A stretch of 64,000 nt of DNA, from positions 64,001 to 128,000 of the forward strand of contig CBDCLE010000002.1 of the NCBI GenBank assembly GCA_965218585.1, read 5' to 3'. The number at the start of each line of letters is the position of its first letter. Position 1 is the first letter of the stretch. This DNA comes from Terriglobia bacterium (GTDB lineage Bacteria; Acidobacteriota; Terriglobia; 20CM-2-55-15). Positions 32,330 through 42,155 of this stretch are shown in pieces. The notes below the pieces were generated by a model that searched no databases, was not told the DNA's origin, and saw nothing but the letters and a program-made list of their open reading frames with translations. Made by a program: the position numbers and the translations under genes.

Positions 32330-33694
32330 GAGGTCGTTCCAATCGGTGTGTAAAAAGAGAAGGCGGTGTACGCTTTCAGTGAATTCGAAACCCTAAGCAA
32401 TCCCGGCAGCAATCGGGAGAAAGGTACACCACCCATGAAGAAGAAGAACATACCGGCATCAGTGGCGTCAACGAACGCGTATGAAGGTTTGGAGGACTGG
32501 GCGCGATCCCGGGTCCAAGTCTGGCTACAGGAGCTGCTCGAGGACGAAGTCACTCAATTTCTGGGTCGGGAAAAGTCGGAGCGGAGTCCGAATCGACGAG
32601 GATACCGGAACGGTCACGGGAAACCGCGACGCTTCGCAATGGTGAACGGTACGATGGAGGTTCGACGACCTCGGGTTCGAAACACCGCCGAGCGGTTCGA
32701 GAGTCAGATCCTGCCGTATTTTCGACGGAAATCGAAACAGCTGGGCGAGCTACTTCCCGATCTCTACCTCCACGGTCTGGCCACAGGGGACTTCGAGCAG
32801 GCCATGCGCGGACTGCTTGGCGCTGGCGCTCCGTTGTCGCGAGCATCGATCCAACGACTGAAATCGACCTGGCAGTTGGAGTATGACGAGTGGGTCCAGC
32901 AGGACCTGTCCGGCCTCGAGGTCGTGTACCAGTGGGCAGACGGCTTGTACGTGAAAGCGGGGATCGCGAAAGAGCGAGCGGCATTGCTGGTGATCATCGG
33001 AGCCTTGTCAGACGGGCGCAAAGTGCTGTTGGCCTGTGAGAGCGGGCAGCGGGAAAGCAAGGAGTCCTGGAGCCGCATTCTGCGCAATCTCCAGAGACGG
33101 GACCTGAAGCTGGGACGGCTGACTGTCGCGGACGGTCACCTGGGCATCTGGTCCGCGCTGGCCGAGCAACAGCCCCAGGGCCAGGAACAACGCTGCTGGA
33201 ACCACAAGTCGATCAACGTGGTCGATCATCTGCCGAAGACCGAGCAGCCCGCGGCCAGACAGCTGCTTCATGGGATGGCCTTCGCGAACTCCCGCGCGGC
33301 CTGCGAACGAAAGCGGGATCAGTTCGTCCGCCGATATGAGAAGAACTATCCCAAAGCGGGTGAGACGCTGTTGCGGGACTGGGACCGGATGATTACTTTC
33401 TATGAGTTCCCGAAACAACACTGGGTGCATCTGAGAACAACCAACATCGTCGAATCGCCCTTCGACATGGTTCGCCTCCGCACCAACGCCGCTCGCCGAT
33501 TCAAGCGTGTCGAGAATGCAACGGCAATGATCTGGAAGCTACTACGTGTCGCTGAGAAGGCTTGGCGACACTTAAAAGGATCCGAACTCTTACAAGAGGT
33601 CTATGATGGTCAGCAATTCGCTGACGGCATCAGAGTCGTGATGAAATCGAAGGCCGCCGCCTGATGACTTTTACACACCTTTTGTAATGACCTC
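32330..33694 (+). mobile_element. Complete IS256-family element
   Basis: TIRs GAGGTCGTTCCAATCGGTGTGTAAAA / GAGGTCATTACAAAAGGTGTGTAAAA; 8-bp TSD GTGGGCTG (32322-32329 / 33695-33702). Confidence 0.93.
32435..33664 (+). CDS. IS256-family transposase
   Basis: YRNGH, WADGLY, VADG, QRCWNHK, RTTNIVESPF. Confidence 0.93.
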   Translation: MKKKNIPASVASTNAYEGLEDWARSRVQVWLQELLEDEVTQFLGREKSERSPNRRGYRNGHGKPRRFAMVNGTMEVRRPRVRNTAERFESQILPYFRRKSKQLGELLPDLYLHGLATGDFEQAMRGLLGAGAPLSRASIQRLKSTWQLEYDEWVQQDLSGLEVVYQWADGLYVKAGIAKERAALLVIIGALSDGRKVLLACESGQRESKESWSRILRNLQRRDLKLGRLTVADGHLGIWSALAEQQPQGQEQRCWNHKSINVVDHLPKTEQPAARQLLHGMAFANSRAACERKRDQFVRRYEKNYPKAGETLLRDWDRMITFYEFPKQHWVHLRTTNIVESPFDMVRLRTNAARRFKRVENATAMIWKLLRVAEKAWRHLKGSELLQEVYDGQQFADGIRVVMKSKAAA

Positions 33695-33740
33695 GTGGGC
33701 TGTCCATTCGCCCCTAATTCAAAATCGAAACAGACTCAAA

Positions 33741-34403
33741 ATGATTAACCCGAATGAAGACCGCCCGACGGATTGGTTCGAAGAGTTGTACTCGGCGTCG
33801 GATGAACGTGGCGGCGGAATCCCGTGGGCCAACATGACAACCCACCCGGATTTTCGACACTGGTCGGAGCAAAACGAATTAAATGGCGCAGGTAAAACAG
33901 CACTCGTGATTGGCTGTGGCATGGGAGATGACGCCATGACACTGGCGTCCCTTGGTTTCAACGTCACCGCTTTTGACGTATCTCCCAGCGCCATTAACTA
34001 TTGCAAACAGCGCTTTTCCCAATCCAACGTCGATTTTGTAGTGGCTGATCTGTTTTCAGAGAACTTGCAATGGGATCGCCGATTTGATTTTGTGCTCGAG
34101 ATTTATACGATCCAGGCCTTGCCACCAAAGTATGAGGATGAAGTAATTGCCAAGATCGCCCGATATGTGGCCGTTGACGGTCAACTTCTAGTCATTGCCC
34201 TGGTGGATGAGACAGAGCGGTCTTTTCAGTCCGGCCCTCCTTGGCTGCTCACGCCAGGCCATCGAGAGTCCTTTGAAGCACATGGCCTGCGCATAGCGAA
34301 CCAATATGTAAGAAGAACCCCCGATGACGACGCCGCGACTTACGTCACAACGTTCATGAGGTTCGCATCTGGCCGACCTCGGCCGCGCCAGGTTGCTAAA
34401 TGA
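33741..34403 (+). CDS. Class I SAM methyltransferase (thiopurine MTase-like)
   Basis: WFEELY..IPW, VIGCGMGDDA, FDVSPSAI, GPPW. Confidence 0.85.
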   Translation: MINPNEDRPTDWFEELYSASDERGGGIPWANMTTHPDFRHWSEQNELNGAGKTALVIGCGMGDDAMTLASLGFNVTAFDVSPSAINYCKQRFSQSNVDFVVADLFSENLQWDRRFDFVLEIYTIQALPPKYEDEVIAKIARYVAVDGQLLVIALVDETERSFQSGPPWLLTPGHRESFEAHGLRIANQYVRRTPDDDAATYVTTFMRFASGRPRPRQVAK

Positions 34404-34500
34404 ATCCAGGAATGAAACGAATACATTCGAGCGACGGCTTTACAAACGTGCTGAAGCATCGTCAGTCAAGACTCACCCGTTAGACAAGCGAGAAAACGTC

Positions 34501-35607
34501 ATGCTTACAGCCCGTGCCGACGTGGTCGGCTCCCTCCTTCGTCCTCCTGACCTCCTGGAAGCACGAAACGATTTCCTGTCGGGTGTCCTCTCTACCGAAG
34601 CATTCAAAGCCATCGAGGATAGCGCGGTTGATCGGGCCATCGCCCTGCAGGAGGAAGCTGGCCTGGAGGTAGTCACCGACGGGGAGCAGCGACGGCTCTC
34701 CTTCCAGAGCCAGATGACTGAAGCGGTGGAGGGTTTCGGAGAATGGGACTTGGACGCTTTTCTCTGGGGCGATTGGAAGGGGGACGTGCGGATCGGGAAC
34801 CAGCGGACTAAGCGGCCCCACTCGCTCGGCGTGGTCTCGAAGCTGAAAAGGAAGCGGTGGCTCTCCGTAGGAGAGTTCGTCTACCTCAAGGAGCGAACTA
34901 CGCGCATCCCAAAGGTCACTCTCCCGAGCCCAAGCCTCTTTTCTAACTTCTGGTCCAAGCAGAAGTCCTCGAACGCCTATGCCACGCTGGAGGCGTTCCT
35001 GGGGGACGTGACCGACATCCTCAAAGACGAAGTCGCCGAACTGGTGCGTTGCGGAGCGACCTACATCCAGCTTGACGCGCCGCACTATCCGCTTCTCCTC
35101 GATTCCAGGCTACGGCAGTTCTACGAATCACGTGGTTGGACGTCAGAGAAATGGCTGCAGGCGGGGATCGAGATGGACAACGCTGTGATTGGAAGCCACC
35201 CCGGTGTAACGTTTGGGTTCCACCTTTGCAGGGGCAACCAGGGCAGCCGGTGGCTCGTGGAAGGGGGCTACGATCTTATAGCTAAACAGATCTTCAAGAG
35301 GATCGGTGCCCAGCGCTTCCTGCTGGAATATGACGGTCCCCGCTCTGGATCCTTCGAACCGCTGAAGGAGGTGCCAGAAGACAAAACGGTGGTCCTCGGT
35401 CTCGTGACCACCAAGTCCCCACTCAGGGAAACCGTCAAAGATCTAACCGACCGTATCCGAGAAGCGTCACGCTTCGTCCCCAGAGAACGTCTCGCCATCA
35501 GTCCCCAATGCGGCTTCGGAACCTCGATCATCGGAAACGCCCTATCCTTTGAGGACCAAAAACGTAAACTCGAAACACTAACGGCGACTGCCCGTTTGTT
35601 CTGGTAG
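34501..35607 (+). CDS. Cobalamin-independent methionine synthase II family protein
   Basis: ADVVGSLLRP, TDGE.RR, HLCRGN, LEYD, SPQCGF. Confidence 0.92.
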   Translation: MLTARADVVGSLLRPPDLLEARNDFLSGVLSTEAFKAIEDSAVDRAIALQEEAGLEVVTDGEQRRLSFQSQMTEAVEGFGEWDLDAFLWGDWKGDVRIGNQRTKRPHSLGVVSKLKRKRWLSVGEFVYLKERTTRIPKVTLPSPSLFSNFWSKQKSSNAYATLEAFLGDVTDILKDEVAELVRCGATYIQLDAPHYPLLLDSRLRQFYESRGWTSEKWLQAGIEMDNAVIGSHPGVTFGFHLCRGNQGSRWLVEGGYDLIAKQIFKRIGAQRFLLEYDGPRSGSFEPLKEVPEDKTVVLGLVTTKSPLRETVKDLTDRIREASRFVPRERLAISPQCGFGTSIIGNALSFEDQKRKLETLTATARLFW

Positions 35608-35642
35608 CAGAGAACGGCGAAAAATCTGAATTCCAGAGAAAA

Positions 35643-35682
35643 GCCTCAACGTCCGAGACGGGGATTTCCGAGGACCTGAGAA
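35643..35682 (+). repeat. Island site C
   Basis: CTCAACGTCCGAGAC-GGGGAT-TTCCGAGGACCTGAGAA. Confidence 0.85.
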
Positions 35683-35761
35683 TGGATTTCAGCGGCTGAA
35701 GGTGGAACAGCTCCGTTCCCCGGACCGCCGCCCTCACTTTAAAGGTTTGGCGTCGCGCGGA

Positions 35762-36523
35762 CTACTGACTACGGAGCAGTGGGACAAATCGGACCGGAGT
35801 GATGTCACGAATATCGACTCCACCTCCGGGCAATTTTTCAATCACCTTCAGGATCTGGATGGAGGCCGGTTCACCGACGGGAATGACCATCCGGGCTCCC
35901 GGCTTGAGCTGAGCAATCAGAGGTTGAGGAATCTCCTTGGCTCCGGCCGTGACGAGGATTCCATCGAAGGGACTGAACTCGGGCCATCCCAGGTACCCGT
36001 CACCTTCCCGTACCGAGACGTTCAAAATCCCGAGTCGTTCGAGTCGCTCTCCCGCGGAGCGGGCCAGCTCCGGAATGATCTCAATGCTATAGACTTCGGC
36101 CACCAGCTCGGCGGCGACGGCGGCCTGGTATCCCGATCCCGTTCCGACCTCGAGAAGACGGCCGTCCGGTTCCGTCTGAACGAGTTCAGTCATCAGAGCA
36201 ACAACGTAGGGCTGCGAGATAGTCTGATCCAATCCAATTGGTAGGGGCGCATCGTTGTAGGCCAAGGCTCTATAATCCGCGGGAACGAACTCGTGTCGGG
36301 GAACCCGTGCCATGGCTTCAAGAACCCGAGAGTCACGGATTCCTCGAGCTTCGATCTGCTGTTCGACCATCTGTTTGCGTGCCTGCCCAAAGTCTATGTT
36401 CTGGCGTGGTGACACCTGTGGTGAAATCGCTTCCACCGGGTCCGGACGGCAGGACACTACAACAGCAAACAAGAGCGCTAGAAACAAGGCCCGCGACCGT
36501 TGAGTGAGACAAGAAATATTCAT
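35762..36523 (-). CDS. pcm: Protein-L-isoaspartate O-methyltransferase
   Basis: VPRHEFVP, QTISQPYVVA, LEVGTGSGYQAA, VRFVPL. Confidence 0.93.
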   Translation of the reverse strand: MNISCLTQRSRALFLALLFAVVVSCRPDPVEAISPQVSPRQNIDFGQARKQMVEQQIEARGIRDSRVLEAMARVPRHEFVPADYRALAYNDAPLPIGLDQTISQPYVVALMTELVQTEPDGRLLEVGTGSGYQAAVAAELVAEVYSIEIIPELARSAGERLERLGILNVSVREGDGYLGWPEFSPFDGILVTAGAKEIPQPLIAQLKPGARMVIPVGEPASIQILKVIEKLPGGGVDIRDITPVRFVPLLRSQ

Positions 36524-36552
36524 TTGCGCAATTCTAGTTTCCGTTGCTGAGA

Positions 36553-36590
36553 TTCTCAAGGTCCGAGAAGGGGATTTCCGAGGACTTTTA
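36553..36590 (+). repeat. Island site D
   Basis: TTCTCAAGGTCCGAGAA-GGGGAT-TTCCGAGGACTT. Confidence 0.85.
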
Positions 36591-36661
36591 TCCGGAAGCT
36601 CCGGAGCCGAAGTTGAAGATGCTTATCCAAATTTCATTTCCAGCGTCGGGTACAGCGTAGT

Positions 36662-37465
36662 CTAGGGAGCGACGACCTCTGCGATCTCGAAGTGGATGCC
36701 TGCGGGCCCTTCGAAGAACATCAGGTCTGAGCCCGGCGGGTTGGGTCTAACCAGATAGGGCTCGTATCCGGAGGCTTCGAGAACTTCGCGGAACTCTTCC
36801 AGCGAGGGTACGCCAAAACCCATGTGATCGAGTGACCGGTAGCGGCTCGGCGCTGTATCACTCTCCGGAACCTGCGAAATCTGGACCCATAAGTCGCCGT
36901 ACAAGATGGTGTGAAACTGCCCCTTGCCGCGTGCCGGGATATCCTCGCCTCCGAACACTTCAAGGAACCACTCGTGAACGCCGTCCGCGTCGCTCGCCAT
37001 GAAATGGACGTGATTCACTCCCGTGTAGACAGGGTCCTCAAGTAGTTCGATTCGCGTTCCCCAGGGATCCTCGATAAACGCGATGGTTGATGCCGTGATA
37101 CCGACCCGCGGCTCGTCCCGGATCTGTGCGCCCATTTCCCTGGCGAGTGCCACGGTAGCGGCGACGTCTTCAACGGCTATGCCAAAGTGATCGATGACAC
37201 CGCCCTGGCTCGGTCGCGTCTCACCTTCGGTGGGCATTGTCATAACCATGCCGTTGCCGTAACGGACAGCCTGTCCAGGGCCACGCGCGACTACCTCGCC
37301 GCCGAGCAGCGCCTGATGCCACACCGCCGCTTCGGTTGTGTCCGGTACACGCATGTGTACGTGCGTAAAAACGCTCTGCGCGAGGACGGAACCAGGGAGC
37401 AGGAACACGCCCAGCGTCAAGCGAATGAGCTGGATTCGAAGCCGTGGATAATTCGTGTGAGACAT
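36662..37465 (-). CDS. VOC/glyoxalase family protein (two domains), exported
   Basis: HVH, DHFG, DPWGTRIEL, NHVH, DHMGF, GP.G..FEI. Confidence 0.85.
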   Translation of the reverse strand: MSHTNYPRLRIQLIRLTLGVFLLPGSVLAQSVFTHVHMRVPDTTEAAVWHQALLGGEVVARGPGQAVRYGNGMVMTMPTEGETRPSQGGVIDHFGIAVEDVAATVALAREMGAQIRDEPRVGITASTIAFIEDPWGTRIELLEDPVYTGVNHVHFMASDADGVHEWFLEVFGGEDIPARGKGQFHTILYGDLWVQISQVPESDTAPSRYRSLDHMGFGVPSLEEFREVLEASGYEPYLVRPNPPGSDLMFFEGPAGIHFEIAEVVAP

Positions 37466-37653
37466 GGTGATCTCCTCGTATTCAGGTCGGTGTCGGTATC
37501 GCGAAACACCTCTCCCCTACCACCTCACCGATCTGGCTCGGATCTCGTAGGGACCGAGTCTTGTGCCCGATCGCATGGACTAAGTGTCCAGTTGAGCGGT
37601 CTACTGAAAAACTCGTTAAACGATACTCGAGGTGGGTGTTAGACACAATCAGA

Positions 37654-37690
37654 AGGTCAGGTCCTCCAGAACGACTTTCCCGGACATTCA
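37654..37690 (-). repeat. Island site E1 (inverted)
   Basis: Reverse strand TGAATGTCCGGGAA-AGTCGT-TCTGGAGGACCTGACC. Confidence 0.7.
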
Positions 37691-37712
37691 GAAAAGACCT
37701 CAAAAATGAGCG

Positions 37713-37750
37713 TTTCAACGTCCGAGAAGATGATTTATCAGAACTTGACC
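37713..37750 (+). repeat. Island site E2
   Basis: TTTCAACGTCCGAGAA-GATGAT-TTATCAGAACTTGACC. Confidence 0.85.
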
Positions 37751-37819
37751 TCAAGTATCGGGGCACCGGCACCCGGTCTTTCAGCGACGTCTCCGCGAAT
37801 CTGTTCGGTACGCCAGTTT

Positions 37820-38329
37820 TCAGTCGCCGCCGACTACCTCCCGAAGTTGAGCGAGGAGCGCGTCGACGGGAATCAGCCGGCCCGTGACGTCCTTCCAGAG
37901 GATGGTGCCCTCTTCATCGAGGAGAAAATAGAAGCGGCTTGCCGCACCGCCTCCGCTCCCGGCTCCGTAACGGCCGATGATCGTTCCATCGGGGTCACTG
38001 ACGAATGGGTTGGGGGTGTTGACTGAAGCCGCGAATTCGCGCTGGCGGTCCGCTCTATCTGTGGAAATGCCGACGACTTCGATACCGAGTGTCTGGAACT
38101 CGGTGTACTTTTCACCGACCTCGGTGAACTCTCGCGTTCAACCGGGAGTGAAGGCGGCCGGGAAGAACGCCAGCAGCACTTTCGTCTGCCCTCGGAGTTC
38201 GTCGAGTCCGAACTCCGGAGCTGTCGAGCCAACCGCAGGCGTGTTGTCCTGTCGGGGAGCCTGGAGCTGAGCTAGGGCGATGCCGCTGGAGACGAACAGC
38301 CCGAGGGCGAGTAACATCAGCTTCTTCAT
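37820..38329 (-). CDS. Selenocysteine-containing peroxiredoxin (AhpC/TSA), exported, 169 aa
   Basis: FFPAAFTPG-TGA-TREF: TGA (38138-38140) sits at the peroxidatic PxxxTxxC position; the frame continues through VVGISTD, PFVSD, RFYFLLDEEG; SECIS hairpin follows. Confidence 0.88.
38111..38128 (-). promoter_or_regulatory. Bacterial SECIS hairpin
   Basis: TGA-ACGCGAGAG-TTCACCG-AGGT-CGGTGAA; G-containing loop 16 nt after the UGA. Confidence 0.75.
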
Positions 38330-38479
38330 CGTCAATTGTCCTCCATATCTATTTACATCGATACACCAACCGGGGTGCCGGACGGGACCCTCCAAGCTGT
38401 GTGCCGGATTCCATTTTGAAAAGCTGGTTAAAGGATACGAAAGGCAGAAATTATGTGCAATGAATCTGTCACAGCGAAA

Positions 38480-38519
38480 TTCTCAGCGTCCGAGAAGATG
38501 ATTTCCCAGGACCTGAGAC
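38480..38519 (+). repeat. Island site F
   Basis: TTCTCAGCGTCCGAGAA-GATGAT-TTCCCAGGACCTGAGAC. Confidence 0.85.
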
Positions 38520-38736
38520 TCACTTTTCACGATCATCTCGGGCACCTCCTGTTTCTCTTGTACATGCCAGAGCTTTCCGCCAATAATAGGCATAATAGCG
38601 GCCGCGTCAGCAGGAGAGTCAAGCGCACGGCCGCGAGAGTTTTTCCGCACGTTCTTTCCGCGGAGCCACAGGGCTCCAAATATCCTGAACCGGCTCCGTT
38701 ATGGGACTGCTCGATCGAGGAGAAAGGAAGGTGCAA

Positions 38737-39689
38737 ATGGCGAAGGTGATCGGACTCGTGGGGCTGTCCGTTCTCATGGTGGCGGGGCTTACCACGCCCA
38801 TCTCTGCCCAGAGGGGCGCGCGTTTTCCCGGGATAATCGATTTTTCTGGCGAGTGGATCGACAACTCGTTTGAAGGAGACGATCGTGTTGGGCCCCCCAC
38901 GGCAGGTCCCCGAGCAAACGGGCTCCAGCACGATGCGTGGCTCGGCAACTACCTGGGCATACCGTACAACGATGCCGGAAGGCAGAAAGGCGCAGCCTTC
39001 GATCTTGCCATCTACTCCCACCCTGCCTGGACATTCCGTCCGCATCCTGTCCAGTATTCCATGCGTGGGGTCATCAACAATTGGAGGATGGCGAAGGAAA
39101 TACATCCGGTGACCGGGGAGCTTGTGGCATACCGAATTACGGGAGGGTACAACCTGGACCGGATCATCTGGATGGACGGTCGGGAGCGTCCTCCCGACTA
39201 TGCCGACACACCTACAATGGATTTTCGACCGGACGGTTCGAGCGTGGAATACTGGTGGTAACGACCACGCACATGAAACACGGATACCACAAGCGTAACG
39301 GCGCTCCGGCGAGTGACCAGGCGACGATGACCGAGCACTTCATACGCCACGGGGATCGGCTGACGATCGTCCAGTTCACCGAGGATCCGGTCTATCTCGA
39401 GGAGCCCTACGTCCGTACCGGGGACCATATCCTGGCACACAATCGGCATGCGAACACTCGTTTCAATGTTCCCACAGCCCCGGGCTGGAACGCAGCCGAA
39501 GAGGTCATCTGGGACGAGGGTTACCTTCCTCACCATCCGTTGGGAACACGTCATACACAGATTTCGGATTTTCTCGGGATTCCTTACGAATCAACGCAAG
39601 ACGGCAGCGAAACGCTCTATCCGGAGTATCGGGAGACCCTGAATCAATTGATGAGTCAGGAAGAAAACGCCCCAGGTGGTGGGAGGTAG
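38737..39689 (+). pseudogene. DUF6152-partner family exported protein, frameshift at ~39205
   Basis: DFSGEW..RIIWMDGRERPP in one frame, HTYNGFSTGRFE..TEHF..DPVYLEEP in the next. Confidence 0.75.
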
Positions 39690-39735
39690 AAGACACGATA
39701 GGCTGACCCCCAAAGTGTCGCCCGGAAAAGGAAAC

Positions 39736-39774
39736 TTCTCAACGTCCGAGAAGATGATTTCTCAGGACTTGACC
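39736..39774 (+). repeat. Island site G
   Basis: TTCTCAACGTCCGAGAA-GATGAT-TTCTCAGGACTTGACC. Confidence 0.9.
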
Positions 39775-39781
39775 TCGAAAA

Positions 39782-39843
39782 TCAAGGAACCGGCACCCGT
39801 TCCTTCAGTTCTTCAAACCAGTCTAGGACGATCTTGACTTGGG
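39782..39843 (-). pseudogene. C-terminal remnant of a Ser/Thr kinase-propeller gene
   Basis: Encodes QVKIVLDWFEELKERVPVP-stop; repeated at 37758, 41226, 44726, 45309. Confidence 0.7.
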
Positions 39844-39963
39844 ATCGTTGCATCTCACCGTCGTTCTGGAAAGTACGTTTCAGCGCCGGGAATCGTCCAT
39901 CGGGGACACGTCATAATATGTCACCTATGTCCTGACCGGTGGAGAGGTAGCGATAGGCGGACG

Positions 39964-40881
39964 TCAAGGCTCTGGACTGCTATCTACTACCTCGCGCGTG
40001 GCGTCGCGCCAAGCACCATCGCCCACGACCTTTCCGGGCAACTCCTCTCTCTCGACGCTGACCACAACCTCTGACCCCAGTTGCAGGCTCTCTACACTGT
40101 CTTTCCCCCGCGGCAAAAAGCGGGCGGCGACTTCTCCAAGAGGTGGCCCGTAGAAGTGAATGTCGATGGCATCCTGACCCGAGGTGTTCGAGACGGCATG
40201 AATGGTGTTCGGGCCATCCAACTCCATCAGCATACTCGGATGAATGACGTCTCGCTGGGTCAGTCGGAGCCGGTTCTCGCTCAGTCGATCGAAGTGCGTA
40301 ATCTCGAGCTGTCCCTCGACGGTCTTGCCCAACCCGACGCAATTGTGGGAGTGGATATGAGCGCGGGTACCCGCGGTCCACTGAATTCCGACCAACGAAC
40401 CGTTTCCTTTCTTGCTCTCCCAGTAGATGGCGCGTCGGTAGTTGATCGGAGGAAGAATCGCGCTCTTTCGTATTGGTTCGAGCTCTCCGATGACCGGGTA
40501 GACCTGCTTCAAGATCCTTTTCGCGACTGTTGGAGTGAGATCCTCTTCCAAGTCGTAGTACTCGAATAGGTCAACCGCCTCGCGTAACGACAGTGGCGCT
40601 CTCGAAGCGAGGCGATGCCTTAGCTGTGTCGTTTCCGGTAGGATGAGCCGTCCCAATCGGTAGAGACCAAAGGAAATAACGAGTGCGATGCCCCCGGAAG
40701 TGAGCACGAGCCACGGAGAGTTTCTGGCGAAAAACAGCAGCATGACGAGCGATACCCCGGCCATGCCGATCGAGCCGCAGGCACCCGCGACTACGGCCTT
40801 CCAACCAATCTCAACGATCGTGGCCAGGTTGATCCGGAGACCTATTCCCGCACACACGCAGACGATCAGAAACGATACCAC
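39964..40881 (-). pseudogene. 5'-truncated YeiH/sulfate-exporter-like membrane protein fused to a cysteine-dioxygenase-like cupin
   Basis: AGIGLRINL...GWKAV TM end; HIHSH, IHAVSN, IHFYGPP. Confidence 0.6.
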
Positions 40882-41040
40882 CTGGTCATTAATCGAGAGG
40901 GTCGTGGCCCAGGCTCCAGTACCGCCAAAGAACGCACGACAGCAGCGTCTCAGTTTTAGGAAATGGGCGGTGAGGCGGGGACAAAACCCGTATATCGGAT
41001 GTAGAAGGTATGCAGGTGGTCCGGAAACTTGGAAAAAGGA

Positions 41041-41074
41041 CTTCGTACTGGCCGAGTTTGGTGCTGGATTCCAT
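41041..41074 (-). pseudogene. N-terminal remnant of a Ser/Thr kinase gene
   Basis: MESSTKLGQYE; DNA nearly identical to the kinase start at 47593. Confidence 0.75.
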
Positions 41075-41114
41075 GTTTAAAGTATGTCGCTGACAATACC
41101 GTGAAAATCTCGGC

Positions 41115-41158
41115 AAAGAATACTAAGGGAGGGGTTTGTAAGCAATCAGAAGGTCAAC
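41115..41158 (-). promoter_or_regulatory. Module promoter block, identical to 44610-44653
   Basis: 44-bp exact repeat containing TTGCTT-17 bp-TATTCT on the minus strand; related blocks near 37610-37659 and 47633-47686. Confidence 0.7.
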
Positions 41159-41169
41159 ATCCGTATTAA

Positions 41170-41209
41170 TTCTCAACGTCCGACAAGATGATTTAACAGG
41201 CGTTGAGAA
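41170..41209 (+). repeat. Island site H
   Basis: TTCTCAACGTCCGACAA-GATGAT-TTAACAGGCGTTGAGAA. Confidence 0.9.
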
Positions 41210-41225
41210 TCATTTTCATGGTCGA

Positions 41226-41285
41226 TTAGGGGACCGGCACCCGTTCCCTCAGTTCTTCAAACCAGTCCAGGATGATATTGATCTG
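41226..41285 (-). pseudogene. Kinase C-terminal remnant
   Basis: QINIILDWFEELRERVPVP-stop. Confidence 0.7.
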
Positions 41286-41291
41286 CTCATC

Positions 41292-42155
41292 CTACCGGCC
41301 TTCGGCCTCCTGAAGCATCGCGTCGAATCGGGTCTCGACGCCCTCCACGTAACCCCTCCACCCTTCCGCGTCAAAGCAGGTCACACACCCCGAATCGACA
41401 GGAAGAGCCGGGTCCAACTCGCGGGGCGGATTCTGCGGGTGGTTGTGGAGAAAGAGGTCGGGAGGTTCGAGATCCCTCAGCCGTAGAAGCGTCCTCTGCG
41501 TATCGGCCACAACCGTCGGGTGCCTGGGATTGTTGAAGAGCTGAACGCCAGCGTTCGGAATTTCGCCGCCACGGAAAGCGACGGAGTAGGCATTCCCACC
41601 CTGCTGGGCAGTTGTCATCCACATCGTTGCTCCTTGCGTGTGGCCACCTGTCCAGAGGGCGCGTAACGTTACCCCGCCCAACGCGACGGTGTCACCGTCC
41701 TCGATCACGCGATCCACCGTGACAGGCTCCCAGCCTCGGGCTCCGAGAGCCGAGTTGTCCTGGCCTGACTGGAGCGCCACCGCGTCGCCGCCGAGCGCGA
41801 CAACTTGCGCGCCGGTCACCCGCTTCATTGCCGCATGTCCCTCAACGTGGTCCCAATGCGCATGGCTCGAGATCATGATCCGAATGTCCCGGACGTTGAA
41901 CCCAAGTTTCTCGACGTTCGACACGATGAGCGCATGCATATCGGCGCTGCCCGTGTCGTGGAGAATGTGACCCTCTGGCGTGGTTATGAGATAGGAGCCA
42001 TATTGGCCGCCGACATAGTAGATATTGCCTATGACGCGGAACGGTTCCACGCCTTGGCTCTCCGCTTGACTCCGCTCGCCTCGCTCCGCTGCACCATACG
42101 GGGACACCGATAGCATCGCAGCACTCAGCAATACCAACGCACATATCAGACGCAT
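41292..42155 (-). CDS. Subclass B3-like metallo-beta-lactamase
   Basis: Signal peptide; EPFRVIGNIYYVG, SYLITTPEGHIL, SHAHWDH, GHTQG, HNHP. Confidence 0.85.
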   Translation of the reverse strand: MRLICALVLLSAAMLSVSPYGAAERGERSQAESQGVEPFRVIGNIYYVGGQYGSYLITTPEGHILHDTGSADMHALIVSNVEKLGFNVRDIRIMISSHAHWDHVEGHAAMKRVTGAQVVALGGDAVALQSGQDNSALGARGWEPVTVDRVIEDGDTVALGGVTLRALWTGGHTQGATMWMTTAQQGGNAYSVAFRGGEIPNAGVQLFNNPRHPTVVADTQRTLLRLRDLEPPDLFLHNHPQNPPRELDPALPVDSGCVTCFDAEGWRGYVEGVETRFDAMLQEAEGR

